NCBI GenBank assembly: GCA_038891095.1
Contig: JAWAEV010000004.1
Location: 570-64,569 of the forward strand
DNA length: 64,000 nucleotides
Direction of reading: 5' to 3'
DNA from: Candidatus Altiarchaeota archaeon
GTDB lineage: Archaea > Altiarchaeota > Altiarchaeia > IMC4 > QMZM01
Shown: positions 36,763 through 46,078 of the stretch, piece by piece
Position numbering within the stretch: the stretch's first letter is position 1
Layout of the letters: each line of letters opens with the position of its first letter
Program-made: the position numbers and the translations under genes
The notes under the pieces: generated by a model
Database searches by the model: none
What the model saw: the letters and a program-made list of their open reading frames with translations, nothing else
Told to the model about the DNA's origin: nothing

Positions 36763-37590
36763 ATGAACATAAATTCAAAAGTAAAGTTAAATAATGGCGT
36801 GGAGATTCCATATTTAGGCTTAGGAACATGGCTTCTCAATTCTGGAAAGGAAACTCAGAATGCGGTATTGTGGGCATTGGAGTTTGGCTATAGACTTATT
36901 GATACAGCTTCAATATATGGGAATGAAAGCGATGTTGGTATAGCAATAAAAAAATCAAAAATTTCAAGAGATAAAATTTTTGTTACAACAAAGCTATGGA
37001 ACTCTGATCAAGGATATGAAAAAACTTTAAAGGCTTTTGAAAAAAGTTTAAAAATTTTAAATTTATCTTATATTGACCTCTACTTAGTTCATTGGCCAGC
37101 AGAAAAGAAAAGTTTGAGAGAGGAAACTTGGAGGGCAATTGAAAAAGTATATATGGATGGCAAATGCAGGGCTATTGGTGTTAGTAACTACACAATAAAA
37201 CACTTAAGCGAACTTTTAGAAATTGCAGAAATTATTCCAGCAATAAATCAAGTTGAATTCAGCCCTTTTCTTTATCAAAAAGAACTTTTAGAATTTTGCA
37301 ATTCTAACAAAATTCAAGTTGAAGCTTACTCACCTTTAACTCGTGGTAAAAAGTTAAATGATCCTAAATTATTAGAAATTGCAGAAAAATATGGAAAAAC
37401 ACCAGCACAAATTTTGATAAGATGGGCTTTACAGCATTCCTTAGTTGTTATTCCAAAATCTTCAAAAAAAGAACACATCTATGAAAACTCACAGGTTTTT
37501 GATTTTGAAATTTCTAAGGGAGATATGGAAAAATTAGATTCATTCAACGAGAATTTTCGTGTTTGCTGGAATCCGGAGAATATCCCATAA
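36763..37590 (+). CDS. Aldo/keto reductase (2,5-diketo-D-gluconate reductase-like)
   Basis: 275 aa with LNNGVEIPYLGLGTW, LIDTASIYGNE, LVHWP and VVIPKSS. Confidence 0.9.
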   Translation: MNINSKVKLNNGVEIPYLGLGTWLLNSGKETQNAVLWALEFGYRLIDTASIYGNESDVGIAIKKSKISRDKIFVTTKLWNSDQGYEKTLKAFEKSLKILNLSYIDLYLVHWPAEKKSLREETWRAIEKVYMDGKCRAIGVSNYTIKHLSELLEIAEIIPAINQVEFSPFLYQKELLEFCNSNKIQVEAYSPLTRGKKLNDPKLLEIAEKYGKTPAQILIRWALQHSLVVIPKSSKKEHIYENSQVFDFEISKGDMEKLDSFNENFRVCWNPENIP

Positions 37591-37603
37591 TTTAAAAATT
37601 CTG

Positions 37604-38563
37604 TTAATTTTTCAAAATCTCTTCAGCTTCAATCTCATTATAATACTTGTACCCGAAGACAACTTTTTCCTTTCTATAAGTTCCATAAACTGTTGCAATT
37701 ACATTTTCAGAAATTTCAGGATGTCCAGAAATAAATATATTAATTCTATTTGAGTCATCAACTAAAGTGAAAGTTGTGTACTCATTTCCAAATTTTGAAA
37801 TCTTCTTTTTCACTCCATAGACTTTTCCAGAAACTCTAACTTTCTTACCATCATAAATTTCCTTATTGCTAAGAATTTCAGAAATTGTTAAATTAGTTTC
37901 AATTTTTTTTATACTACTGCAATTAACTTCCTTTGAATTTCTCCATAAATTCCAGAAATATTGTTCATATGCAGCAGTAAAAATTTCTGAAACTATTGCA
38001 GCTGAGGCCTCATTGTTTTGCTCTAAGGCATAGTAATTCCAATTTGTTGAGCCAATTATAGCAGTGTTATCAACTAAAATTAATTTAGCATGTGTTGTTT
38101 TATCTTCAGGATCAAATTTAACTTGTATTCCAAAATTTTGCAAGAAGCTACATGCATTCTTTTGTTTTTCAAAAAAATCTTCTCCAAGAAAATCATCGCC
38201 AGATTCAAGTATTAGTTTTACATCAACACCTCTCTTCTTTGCATTAATTAAATCTTGTAAAAGTGTTGAAATCGCACTTTCATTATAACCCTCATAATAT
38301 GAAATTTGAAACATTACAATATGAATAAAATTTTTTGCATTTTGAAATTTCTCATGAACATAAGGAAAATATGCTCTATTTGGAATTGCCTTAACTTCAA
38401 TTTCCTTGGAAGAAAAAAGTGTTATCACTGAATAACTAAAAAAAATTCCGCAAAGAAATGAAATTAAACAAAAAAGCAACAGTTTTTTGTTCTTTCTCAG
38501 TCTATGTGAAACTTTTTGCAATTTCATAAATTTTCTCAGCGTCATAAATATCTTTTTCCTCAA
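37604..38563 (-). CDS. Membrane-anchored single-HKD phospholipase D/Nuc-family protein fused to an OB-fold-like C-terminal domain
   Basis: An N-terminal TM helix (LLLFCLISFLCGIFF) is followed by one HKD motif (HAKLILVDNTAIIGSTNW). The C-terminal region GKKVRVSGKVYGV...TTFTLVDDSNRINIF looks like an OB fold. The start is probably an internal Met, because the first codons overlap the upstream gene. Confidence 0.7.
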   Translation of the reverse strand: MRKKIFMTLRKFMKLQKVSHRLRKNKKLLLFCLISFLCGIFFSYSVITLFSSKEIEVKAIPNRAYFPYVHEKFQNAKNFIHIVMFQISYYEGYNESAISTLLQDLINAKKRGVDVKLILESGDDFLGEDFFEKQKNACSFLQNFGIQVKFDPEDKTTHAKLILVDNTAIIGSTNWNYYALEQNNEASAAIVSEIFTAAYEQYFWNLWRNSKEVNCSSIKKIETNLTISEILSNKEIYDGKKVRVSGKVYGVKKKISKFGNEYTTFTLVDDSNRINIFISGHPEISENVIATVYGTYRKEKVVFGYKYYNEIEAEEILKN

Positions 38564-39374
38564 AAATAATTTTCATTAGTTTTGAGTGAATTTTCATCTT
38601 TAAATTACCTATGGAAAATGCACCAAAGCAAATTTTACCATCTCTCTCTGTTGAGTTGTCATTTGCTTGAACACCTTCTATCCCCAACGGAGGAACTGCA
38701 TTTACATCTGCGAGAATTTTCAGCTCAGGAAACTTCATCCATAATTCTTTTCTTAGAGTTCTTACCCCTTCTGGTCCAGTAGAAATAACTATGTCAGCAT
38801 TTGAAATTACTCTTTCAGTTTCTTTTTCATTACTTGCTTGCAAGGGTGATATAGAAATTTTATATTCTCTATTTAATTTTTCTGTAATTTCTTTCGCTCT
38901 TTCAAATTTTCTTGATGTTATCACAACATTTGAATTTTCCTTTGCAAGAAAGATTGCAGTGCTTTGTCCTACTGGTCCTGTACCAGCTAAAATAACTGAA
39001 TTTTTTCCAGAAATTTCAATTGAACTTTTTATCTTTATTACACATGCAGCAGCTGTTGTGCATGCCCCATCAGGATCAAATGCAACAGAAACTCTAAGAT
39101 CCTTAGGCAAATTTTCAAAAATTTTAATAGAAGTTTTCAATAATTCATAACACTTCCAGAAATCACTACCACCAATAAAAATTGCAGTATTCCTCAAATC
39201 TTTTGGAGCTCTTGTAAAGACTGCTCCATATATAACTTCCTTCATCTCAAATGGAGATATCTCAGTATAAGTCGCAATTGCATCAACTTCGCTATCATAT
39301 GCAACAACTAAATCAAAGAATCCTGCATTCTTATCTGGCGTGACATAAGCTAAAATTTTTTTTATTGAAGCCAT
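38502..39374 (-). CDS. MtdA-like NAD(P)-dependent methylene-tetrahydromethanopterin/tetrahydrofolate dehydrogenase
   Basis: 290 aa. It is colinear with the MtdA blocks I recall: F(D)LVV.YD...D, AIF(I/V)GG.D, TTAAA, VILAGTGPVG, PPLGI.G, FGA..IG.LK.K.H, and D.YDAE.IYE.AK at the C-terminus. Confidence 0.8.
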   Translation of the reverse strand: MASIKKILAYVTPDKNAGFFDLVVAYDSEVDAIATYTEISPFEMKEVIYGAVFTRAPKDLRNTAIFIGGSDFWKCYELLKTSIKIFENLPKDLRVSVAFDPDGACTTAAACVIKIKSSIEISGKNSVILAGTGPVGQSTAIFLAKENSNVVITSRKFERAKEITEKLNREYKISISPLQASNEKETERVISNADIVISTGPEGVRTLRKELWMKFPELKILADVNAVPPLGIEGVQANDNSTERDGKICFGAFSIGNLKMKIHSKLMKIIFEEKDIYDAEKIYEIAKSFT

Positions 39375-39392
39375 ATCTTCATTTTTTACTAT

Positions 39393-40679
39393 CTAAAAAT
39401 TTAACACTTCTCTATAACCATTTATATCTAAAAATCCATGACCTGAAATGTTAAATGCTATAACTTTCTCTTCACCTGTTTTTTTGCATTTTATGGCTTC
39501 ATCTATTGCACAAGCTATACTATATGCCGATTCTGGTGCTGGAAGCCAACCTTCTGCTTGTATAAATTGCAAAGCTCTTTCAAATACATATTTCTCATCA
39601 ACAGGATAAGCAATCGTATCTATAATCTTATGATATCTAAGCAAGCTTATGATCGGTGAACATCCATGATATCTTAATCCATCACCCTTTATTGGTTTGA
39701 AGTCAGATTTATGACCAAGAGTATACATCTTGAGTTGTGGTGTTATTTCAGCATAATCTGCAAAGTTGTACTTGTATTCACCTTGTAAATTAGGTGCAGC
39801 CTGACTTTGTGCTGCAATAAACTTTATTTCTTTTTTCTTTGCTAAAACATCAGCAATAAATGGTAATGTAAAACCACCAAAATTACTACCTCCTCCAAGA
39901 CAAGAGATCATAATATCTGGATAAACATCAATTTTTTCAAATTGTTTTTTTGTTTCTAAGCCAATAATTGTTTGATGCATTAAAACATGATTTAGCACAG
40001 AACCTAATGCATATGCAGCATCAGGATCATTTCTTGAATCTTCTAAACCTTCAGAAATTGCAATTGCCAAAGAACCAGGATGTTTTGGATTTTTCTCATA
40101 GAGTACCTTACCTGAATTTGTTTTATTACTTGGAGAGGCATAAACTTCTGCTCCTAACATTTTCATAAATGCTCTTCTTTCATGTTTCCAGTCATGAACT
40201 GCTCTAACCCAATAAATTGTACACCCTAAATCATTTAATGCGCAGGCATATGCTAATGCAGTCCCCCATTGACCTGCACCAGTTTCAGTCGTAAGTCTTT
40301 TAAATCCCTGCTCTTTTGCATAATAGGCTTGTGCTAACGCAGTATTAACTTTATGACTTCCAGTTGGGCTGAAAAATTCTGACTTATAAAAAAGTTTTGC
40401 AGGAGTTTTTAACTTCTTCTCTAAATTTATTGCTCTAAACAGAGGTCTTGGTCTACCAGCTTTAGCATAAATTTCTAAAAGTTCCTTTGGAATTTTTACC
40501 CAACTTTCATCTAAGAATTCTTGCTCTAAGCACTTAGGAATCATCATATTTGGCAAATTTTTTAGTTGTTCATCACCTTTTGGTTTAGGCAAGGGTTCAA
40601 GATATTTAGCTAAATCAGGCACTATATTATACCACTTATCAGGCATCTCCTCAGGAAGTAAATTTACTTGGCTTTGCAT
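39393..40679 (-). CDS. trpB2: TrpB2-type tryptophan synthase beta-like PLP enzyme
   Basis: 428 aa. The PLP-lysine motif is SPTGSHKVNTA, the N-terminal extension is typical of TrpB2, and GGGSNFGG is present. Confidence 0.88.
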   Translation of the reverse strand: MQSQVNLLPEEMPDKWYNIVPDLAKYLEPLPKPKGDEQLKNLPNMMIPKCLEQEFLDESWVKIPKELLEIYAKAGRPRPLFRAINLEKKLKTPAKLFYKSEFFSPTGSHKVNTALAQAYYAKEQGFKRLTTETGAGQWGTALAYACALNDLGCTIYWVRAVHDWKHERRAFMKMLGAEVYASPSNKTNSGKVLYEKNPKHPGSLAIAISEGLEDSRNDPDAAYALGSVLNHVLMHQTIIGLETKKQFEKIDVYPDIMISCLGGGSNFGGFTLPFIADVLAKKKEIKFIAAQSQAAPNLQGEYKYNFADYAEITPQLKMYTLGHKSDFKPIKGDGLRYHGCSPIISLLRYHKIIDTIAYPVDEKYVFERALQFIQAEGWLPAPESAYSIACAIDEAIKCKKTGEEKVIAFNISGHGFLDINGYREVLNF

Positions 40680-40910
40680 CCAACCACCTCCAAAAGAAAT
40701 ATAAATATATTATTTACAAATTTAAAAAGCCCATTAAATTTTTAAATCTGGAAATGTTAACCTGTATACACAAAATCGGCATTTGTTCTATTAAAACAAC
40801 ATGTTTAGGATTCAAGATAAATTTTTATCCATCCTTGGTTAACACTCCTTATAACCCAATTAACTAATTCCCGCTCTTATTCTTTGAAGTTCAATTTTTA
40901 TCATACAAAG
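40680..40910. promoter_or_regulatory. Divergent promoter region between trpB2 and infB
   Basis: A 231 bp AT-rich spacer separates divergent starts. TATA-like strings such as AAATATAAATATA lie about 20-30 nt from the trpB2 ATG. Confidence 0.3.
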
Positions 40911-42641
40911 ATGTCGGGAGATATAAAAAAAATTCGTGAGCCGATAATTTCTGTTCTTGGGCATGTAGATCATGGCAAGACAACTCTCTTAGATTATATT
41001 CGTGGTTCTGTAGTAGCATCAAGAGAAGCAGGTGGTATAACACAGCATATTGGTGCAACAGAAGTTCCATTTTACATAATTGAAAAAATTTGTGGAAATT
41101 TGCTTGAAAAATTAAAGCTAAAAATTAAGATTAGAGGATTTCTCTTTATTGACACACCTGGGCATCAAGCATTCACTACATTAAGAAAAAGAGGCGGTTC
41201 AGTTGCTGATCTCGTAATTCTTGTTGTTGACATTAACGAAGGCTTAATGCCGCAGTCAATTGAAGCAATAAAAATTTTGAAGGAATATAAAACTCCATTT
41301 GTTGTTGCTGCAAATAAAATTGATTTAATTCCTGGATGGATCAAAAATAAAAAGCTTGAAGACCAAATGCCACATGTGCAAGAGGAATTTAATAAAAAAT
41401 TTTATTCTCTTGTTTCCCAAATTTCTGAGTATGGCTTTAATCCTGAGTTATTTTCGAGAATTTCAGATTTCTCAAAACAACTTGCAATTGTGCCAATATC
41501 TGCAAAGACAGGCGAAGGTATCCCAGAACTTTTGATGATTCTACTTGGATTAGCACAGCAATATCTGCTAAATGAATTAACAATAGAAATAAATTCTCCG
41601 GGTAAAGGTACAATTCTTGAAATAAAGGAAACGAAAGGGTTAGGCATAACAATGGATGTAATTCTTTATGACGGAGTTATTAGAATGGGAGATCAAATTG
41701 TTGTTGGTGCAAAGAAGCCAATAATAACAAAAGTCAAAGCATTGCTAAAACCTGCTCCATTAGATGAGATGCGTGATCCAAGAAAAAAATTTCAATCAGT
41801 TGATGAAGTATACGCAGCATCTGGAGTGAAAATTGTAGCTCCTAATATAAATGATGCTCTCCCAGGTGCTCCTGTTTATGTTGGTGATTCTTCATTAATT
41901 GAGAAAATTAAAAATGAAATTAAAGATGTTGAAATTCAAAGTGAAAAAATCGGAGTTATTATAAGAGCAGACACAATTGGCTCATTGGAAGCAATTATAA
42001 AAATGCTAAATACTGAGGGAATTCCAATAAGAAGGGCAACTCTTGGCAAAGTTTCAAAACAGGATATTGTTGAAGCTTTAACAGTAAAAATTCAAGATAA
42101 ATATCTTGGAGTTGTGCTTGCTTTCAATTCAGAAGTTTTACCTGAAGCGGAAAATTTTGCTATTGAAAGAAAAATAAAAATTTTCCAAAACAATATAATC
42201 TATAAACTCTTGGAAGATTATGAAAAATGGGTAAAAACTGAAAAGGAAAATGAAAAAAAAGATAAAATTTCATCTATAACATCACCTGTAAAATTAAAAA
42301 TTCTTCCGAATTGTATTTTTAGGCAGAGTAAGCCTGCAATTTGTGGAGTTGAAATTCTTGCAGGAAAATTAACTACTAATTGTAAAATTATGAAAGATGG
42401 AAAAATTGTCGGGATAATAAAAGAAATACAAAAAAACAAAGAACCAGTTAAAGAAGCTCTCAAGGGCGAAAAAGTTGCTGTTGCTATAGAAAATGCAGTA
42501 GTTGGAAAAAATATAGATGAAAATGATACTTTGCTATCTTTTCTCAGTGATGAAGAAATAAAAGTTCTTTGCTCTTGTGAGCTCACTGAAGATGAACGCT
42601 CTCTAATAAATGAAATAAGTAAAATTAAAAAAGAGAAATAA
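40911..42641 (+). CDS. infB: Translation initiation factor aIF5B (IF-2)
   Basis: The G domain carries GHVDHGKTTLLD, DTPGH and NKID. The product is 576 aa from the ATG at 40911 (the track start at 40884 is TTG). Confidence 0.95.
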   Translation: MSGDIKKIREPIISVLGHVDHGKTTLLDYIRGSVVASREAGGITQHIGATEVPFYIIEKICGNLLEKLKLKIKIRGFLFIDTPGHQAFTTLRKRGGSVADLVILVVDINEGLMPQSIEAIKILKEYKTPFVVAANKIDLIPGWIKNKKLEDQMPHVQEEFNKKFYSLVSQISEYGFNPELFSRISDFSKQLAIVPISAKTGEGIPELLMILLGLAQQYLLNELTIEINSPGKGTILEIKETKGLGITMDVILYDGVIRMGDQIVVGAKKPIITKVKALLKPAPLDEMRDPRKKFQSVDEVYAASGVKIVAPNINDALPGAPVYVGDSSLIEKIKNEIKDVEIQSEKIGVIIRADTIGSLEAIIKMLNTEGIPIRRATLGKVSKQDIVEALTVKIQDKYLGVVLAFNSEVLPEAENFAIERKIKIFQNNIIYKLLEDYEKWVKTEKENEKKDKISSITSPVKLKILPNCIFRQSKPAICGVEILAGKLTTNCKIMKDGKIVGIIKEIQKNKEPVKEALKGEKVAVAIENAVVGKNIDENDTLLSFLSDEEIKVLCSCELTEDERSLINEISKIKKEK

Positions 42642-42748
42642 TTAAGCCTTTGATTTAATTCAAGAGAAATGCTTTTATATTCCTAATGATAATAATTAAA
42701 TGATAATAATTAATAGACAATATTTTTTTACTTTGAATTAAAAATAAA

Positions 42749-43462
42749 ATGGTAAATTTAAATGAAAGATGTCCAAGTGGAATTCCTGGCTTGGATGAAT
42801 TAATTGAAGGAGGCTATCCCCGTGGCAGAACAATTCTAATTTCAGGAACTTGTGGAACTGGTAAAACTACATTCGCAGTTCAATTTCTATATGCAGGAGT
42901 TAAAGATTATAACGAGAATGGAATAATGGTAACTTTGGAGCAAACACCAGAAGAGCTAAGAAGAGATATGCTCAAATATGGTATGGATTTAGAAAAATAT
43001 GAAAAACAAGGTAAATTGTTGCTCTTAGATCAAGACAAAGTATCATATGACTTTGGAAGCATTACAGATATGCTTATAACAAAAGCCCAAGAAATAAATG
43101 CAAAACGTGCAGTTGTTGATTCATTAGGAGCAATGGATTTTGCTTCAGGCGGAAAATATGACATGAGAAAAACTCTATTCAACTTAAACAAAATGTTAAA
43201 AGATTCTGGACTTACTACATTATTTGTCTCTGAAATTTCTCGTGGCTCAGAAGAAATTTCGACTCATGGTGTTGAAAGCTATCTGATGGATGGCGTTATC
43301 ATTCTCACATTACATGAAGCTTTGGATTCAAGAAAAATTGAAATAAGAAAGATGCGAGCAACAAAACACTCAATAAAAAGCAGAGAATTTGAATTTACCG
43401 ATAGAGGCATAGTTATCATAGAGAAAGAAGAAAATAAGCCTAAGAAGGCCATATTTCTTTAG
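42749..43462 (+). CDS. Single-domain KaiC/RecA-superfamily ATPase
   Basis: 237 aa with GIPGLDELIEGGYPRGRTILISGTCGTGKTTF (Walker A) and RAVVDSL (Walker B). This is a KaiC/RadA-like layout. Confidence 0.8.
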   Translation: MVNLNERCPSGIPGLDELIEGGYPRGRTILISGTCGTGKTTFAVQFLYAGVKDYNENGIMVTLEQTPEELRRDMLKYGMDLEKYEKQGKLLLLDQDKVSYDFGSITDMLITKAQEINAKRAVVDSLGAMDFASGGKYDMRKTLFNLNKMLKDSGLTTLFVSEISRGSEEISTHGVESYLMDGVIILTLHEALDSRKIEIRKMRATKHSIKSREFEFTDRGIVIIEKEENKPKKAIFL

Positions 43463-43619
43463 TGGATTCTTTATTTTTAGAAAAAACAAAATTAGTAAGG
43501 AAGATTCCTTTTAAGCAAGCAGAAGCTAATCTTAAATGCCAAAGAAATTAAAAGATGATTGATTTAAGAAAAAATAGCCCACTAAAAAAAACATAGTTTT
43601 GTGTTAACTCCATATAGGA

Positions 43620-44006
43620 ATGGAATCAAAAAAAGAACAAATAAAAGAAATTTTGAAAGAAGATTTATTACGCTTTGAGGATATATACGCCTGTGCAGTT
43701 TCAGCAAAGCATTTAGGTGAGGGTATAGGTCCTTTTACTAAGCCAGAGCATGAATCTGAACTGAGAAGTATTTGGGATTCTTTAGAAAAAACAACCGATG
43801 AGTTCTTCAGGATAATCGAAAATTATTCTAATTATGGATTGGGAGAAGTTTACTTTAGGCTTCAGGAATATGAGGTAATGTTTTTCGTTCTTCCCGAAAC
43901 TGATACAGCCTTAGTCGCAATAATCCCAGCATTAGCAAATAAAGGTTTGCTTGAGGTAGCAATGGAAAAAGCTAGAAGAAAGATTATAAAGATAATGAAA
44001 GACTGA
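43620..44006 (+). CDS. Roadblock/LC7 (MglB-like) domain protein candidate
   Basis: 128 aa. Size and the alpha-beta-alpha pattern (IYACAVSA...GEVYFRLQEYEVMFFVLPETDTALVAIIP) resemble Roadblock/LC7. This assignment was made by eye only. Confidence 0.4.
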   Translation: MESKKEQIKEILKEDLLRFEDIYACAVSAKHLGEGIGPFTKPEHESELRSIWDSLEKTTDEFFRIIENYSNYGLGEVYFRLQEYEVMFFVLPETDTALVAIIPALANKGLLEVAMEKARRKIIKIMKD

Positions 44007-44116
44007 ATGAAAGAATAACTAAATTTTATTTTCGTTTTTTCTTTTCAAGCAGTAGCTAAGTTTTTTATACTAAATTCTACAATGTAATAATAACACACAA
44101 ATAGATATAACAGCTA

Positions 44117-44758
44117 ATGGCATATAAAATGTTAGACCCACTAATTTTAATTTTAGGTTATGCCCTTTTAGGAGCAGGTTTAAAGTATATAGATCAAGCT
44201 TATGATGTTGGTGTTTTTAACAAGAAAATTGCAAAATTAGTTGCTATCCCTTGTGGAATATTAATGGCCTCTTTGATAATTTTTGACTCTTCATCAGCAA
44301 TCATACTTATGGCAATGCTTATCGGCTTAGCTTTGACAAGAAAGATTGACAACATTGCTTTCTACATTGGCACAGGAATTGTTATTTTACTCCCAATAAT
44401 ATTTCATGATACATTAAAAATTGAATGGCTCCCTTTTGGAATTCTCATATTAGCTGGTATAATAGATGAGCTAGGAAATGACTGGGCAGATAGAAGAGTG
44501 TTAAAAAGATTGATCAAACATACTACTCAAAAAAATGAAAAAAATAAAAAATTCACTTATAAACTTGGTGAAAAATTTTTCTTGAATAGGTTTATGATGA
44601 AAATTGCAGTTTTTTTCTTGGCATTATTTAACTTCTTTGCTTGGATTTATTTTATAGCTTTTTTGCTCTTTGATACAATGTATCTTTTAGTTGAACAGTA
44701 TAGCTTTAGATTAAAAACTTACTCAATAGGGAAAAAGATAAAAATGTCAAAATGTTAA
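44117..44758 (+). CDS. Multi-pass membrane protein, unknown function
   Basis: 213 aa with about 5-6 hydrophobic helices. Its stop overlaps the downstream FIST-like gene by 7 nt. Confidence 0.5.
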   Translation: MAYKMLDPLILILGYALLGAGLKYIDQAYDVGVFNKKIAKLVAIPCGILMASLIIFDSSSAIILMAMLIGLALTRKIDNIAFYIGTGIVILLPIIFHDTLKIEWLPFGILILAGIIDELGNDWADRRVLKRLIKHTTQKNEKNKKFTYKLGEKFFLNRFMMKIAVFFLALFNFFAWIYFIAFLLFDTMYLLVEQYSFRLKTYSIGKKIKMSKC

Positions 44759-46059
44759 TCAGAGACTTTAAAGCTGGAGTTGGCTCATCTGAAAAATGGG
44801 ATGCAAGAGAAGCAGGTCGAGAAGTTGCAGAAAATACTCTTGAGAAACTCGATGGTAAGAAACCAAATTTTTTTCTTTTGTTTTCTACAATTCATTATGA
44901 AAAATATGGCGGCTTTAAAGAATTTTTAAATGGCGTTTGGGAAGTTCTACCAGAAGGGACTCCTCTCATAGGTGGAACCGTTGCTGGTTTCATAACCCCT
45001 GAAGACTGTTTTGTTCATGGTGCTGCTGGCTTAGCTGTTTCATATCCAAATATGGATGTGGCTGTTGGGGTTGGGTATAACACAAAAAGAAATCCAACAA
45101 AAGCTGGTAAAGAATGTGGTAAACAACTTACAAAAAGATTACAAACTTCTCCATATCCTAACGGAATAGTTTATCATCTCATTTCTGCATCTACAATTTA
45201 CAATATACCTGGAATGAAAAGAGTTCTCAGATTTAATAATTCTCTGATAAATAGAGTATTCAGTTTGGTGGCTGCATATGTTGCAGATTTTTCTGTATTT
45301 CTATTCCAAAGAGGACTTGGAAATGAAGACAAAATATATGAAAGTCTACTAAGTGAGTTACCTAAGGATTACACAGTTATTGGAGGAGATTGTATAGATG
45401 ATAATAAAATGTGCAATAATTATCAATTTATTGGCAAAACTGTGATAAACAACGGTATCGTCGCTTTGGGAATAAAGACAGACCTTAATGTTCATATCAA
45501 TACAACGTATGGACTTAAAGAAACAGGTAAAAAAATTAATGTTACACATTTTAGAAGTAACAATAGGATAATTCACAAAATTAACAATAAACCTGCGGTA
45601 CCTGAGTTAGTAAAAGTTTTAGATTGGGGGATATGGTTCTTTGATGATGAGACTATACTCAGAAGAACATTTTTTTTACCATTTGGTTTTGAAAAAAATG
45701 GTATCTTACATCCGCAAGTAATCGGTATGGTTATTGGAGATGATATAGGATGTGGATATAGAATAACAAAATCAGAACTCAGTTTATTGTCCGCTTCAGG
45801 TAGAAGTATGTTAGAATCTATTGATGAAAATCTAAATGAATTTAAAGATAAAAACAATCAAATGGCTCTTATATTTTCATGTGCTGCTAGGTTGGAATCA
45901 CTAGGTTTTTACGTGTATTATACTAAAGAAAAACTTCAACATTTCTTTAAAAATATACCCTTTTTGTTGGTATATGTAGGAGGAGAGGATACGCGAAGTA
46001 GTGAGAAGGGATGCCGCCATGTATATGAAAGTTTTAATGTTTCTACTTTATATAAATGA
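44752..46059 (+). CDS. FIST-domain (putative sensory) protein candidate
   Basis: 435 aa. The N-terminal pattern GVGSSEKWDAREAGREVAE...PNFFLLFST...PLIGGTVAGFI fits FIST_N, and the C-terminal half fits FIST_C (...ALIFSCAARL...). Assignment by eye only. Confidence 0.5.
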   Translation: MLIRDFKAGVGSSEKWDAREAGREVAENTLEKLDGKKPNFFLLFSTIHYEKYGGFKEFLNGVWEVLPEGTPLIGGTVAGFITPEDCFVHGAAGLAVSYPNMDVAVGVGYNTKRNPTKAGKECGKQLTKRLQTSPYPNGIVYHLISASTIYNIPGMKRVLRFNNSLINRVFSLVAAYVADFSVFLFQRGLGNEDKIYESLLSELPKDYTVIGGDCIDDNKMCNNYQFIGKTVINNGIVALGIKTDLNVHINTTYGLKETGKKINVTHFRSNNRIIHKINNKPAVPELVKVLDWGIWFFDDETILRRTFFLPFGFEKNGILHPQVIGMVIGDDIGCGYRITKSELSLLSASGRSMLESIDENLNEFKDKNNQMALIFSCAARLESLGFYVYYTKEKLQHFFKNIPFLLVYVGGEDTRSSEKGCRHVYESFNVSTLYK

Positions 46060-46078
46060 CACAGTTCAGCTATTGGGT

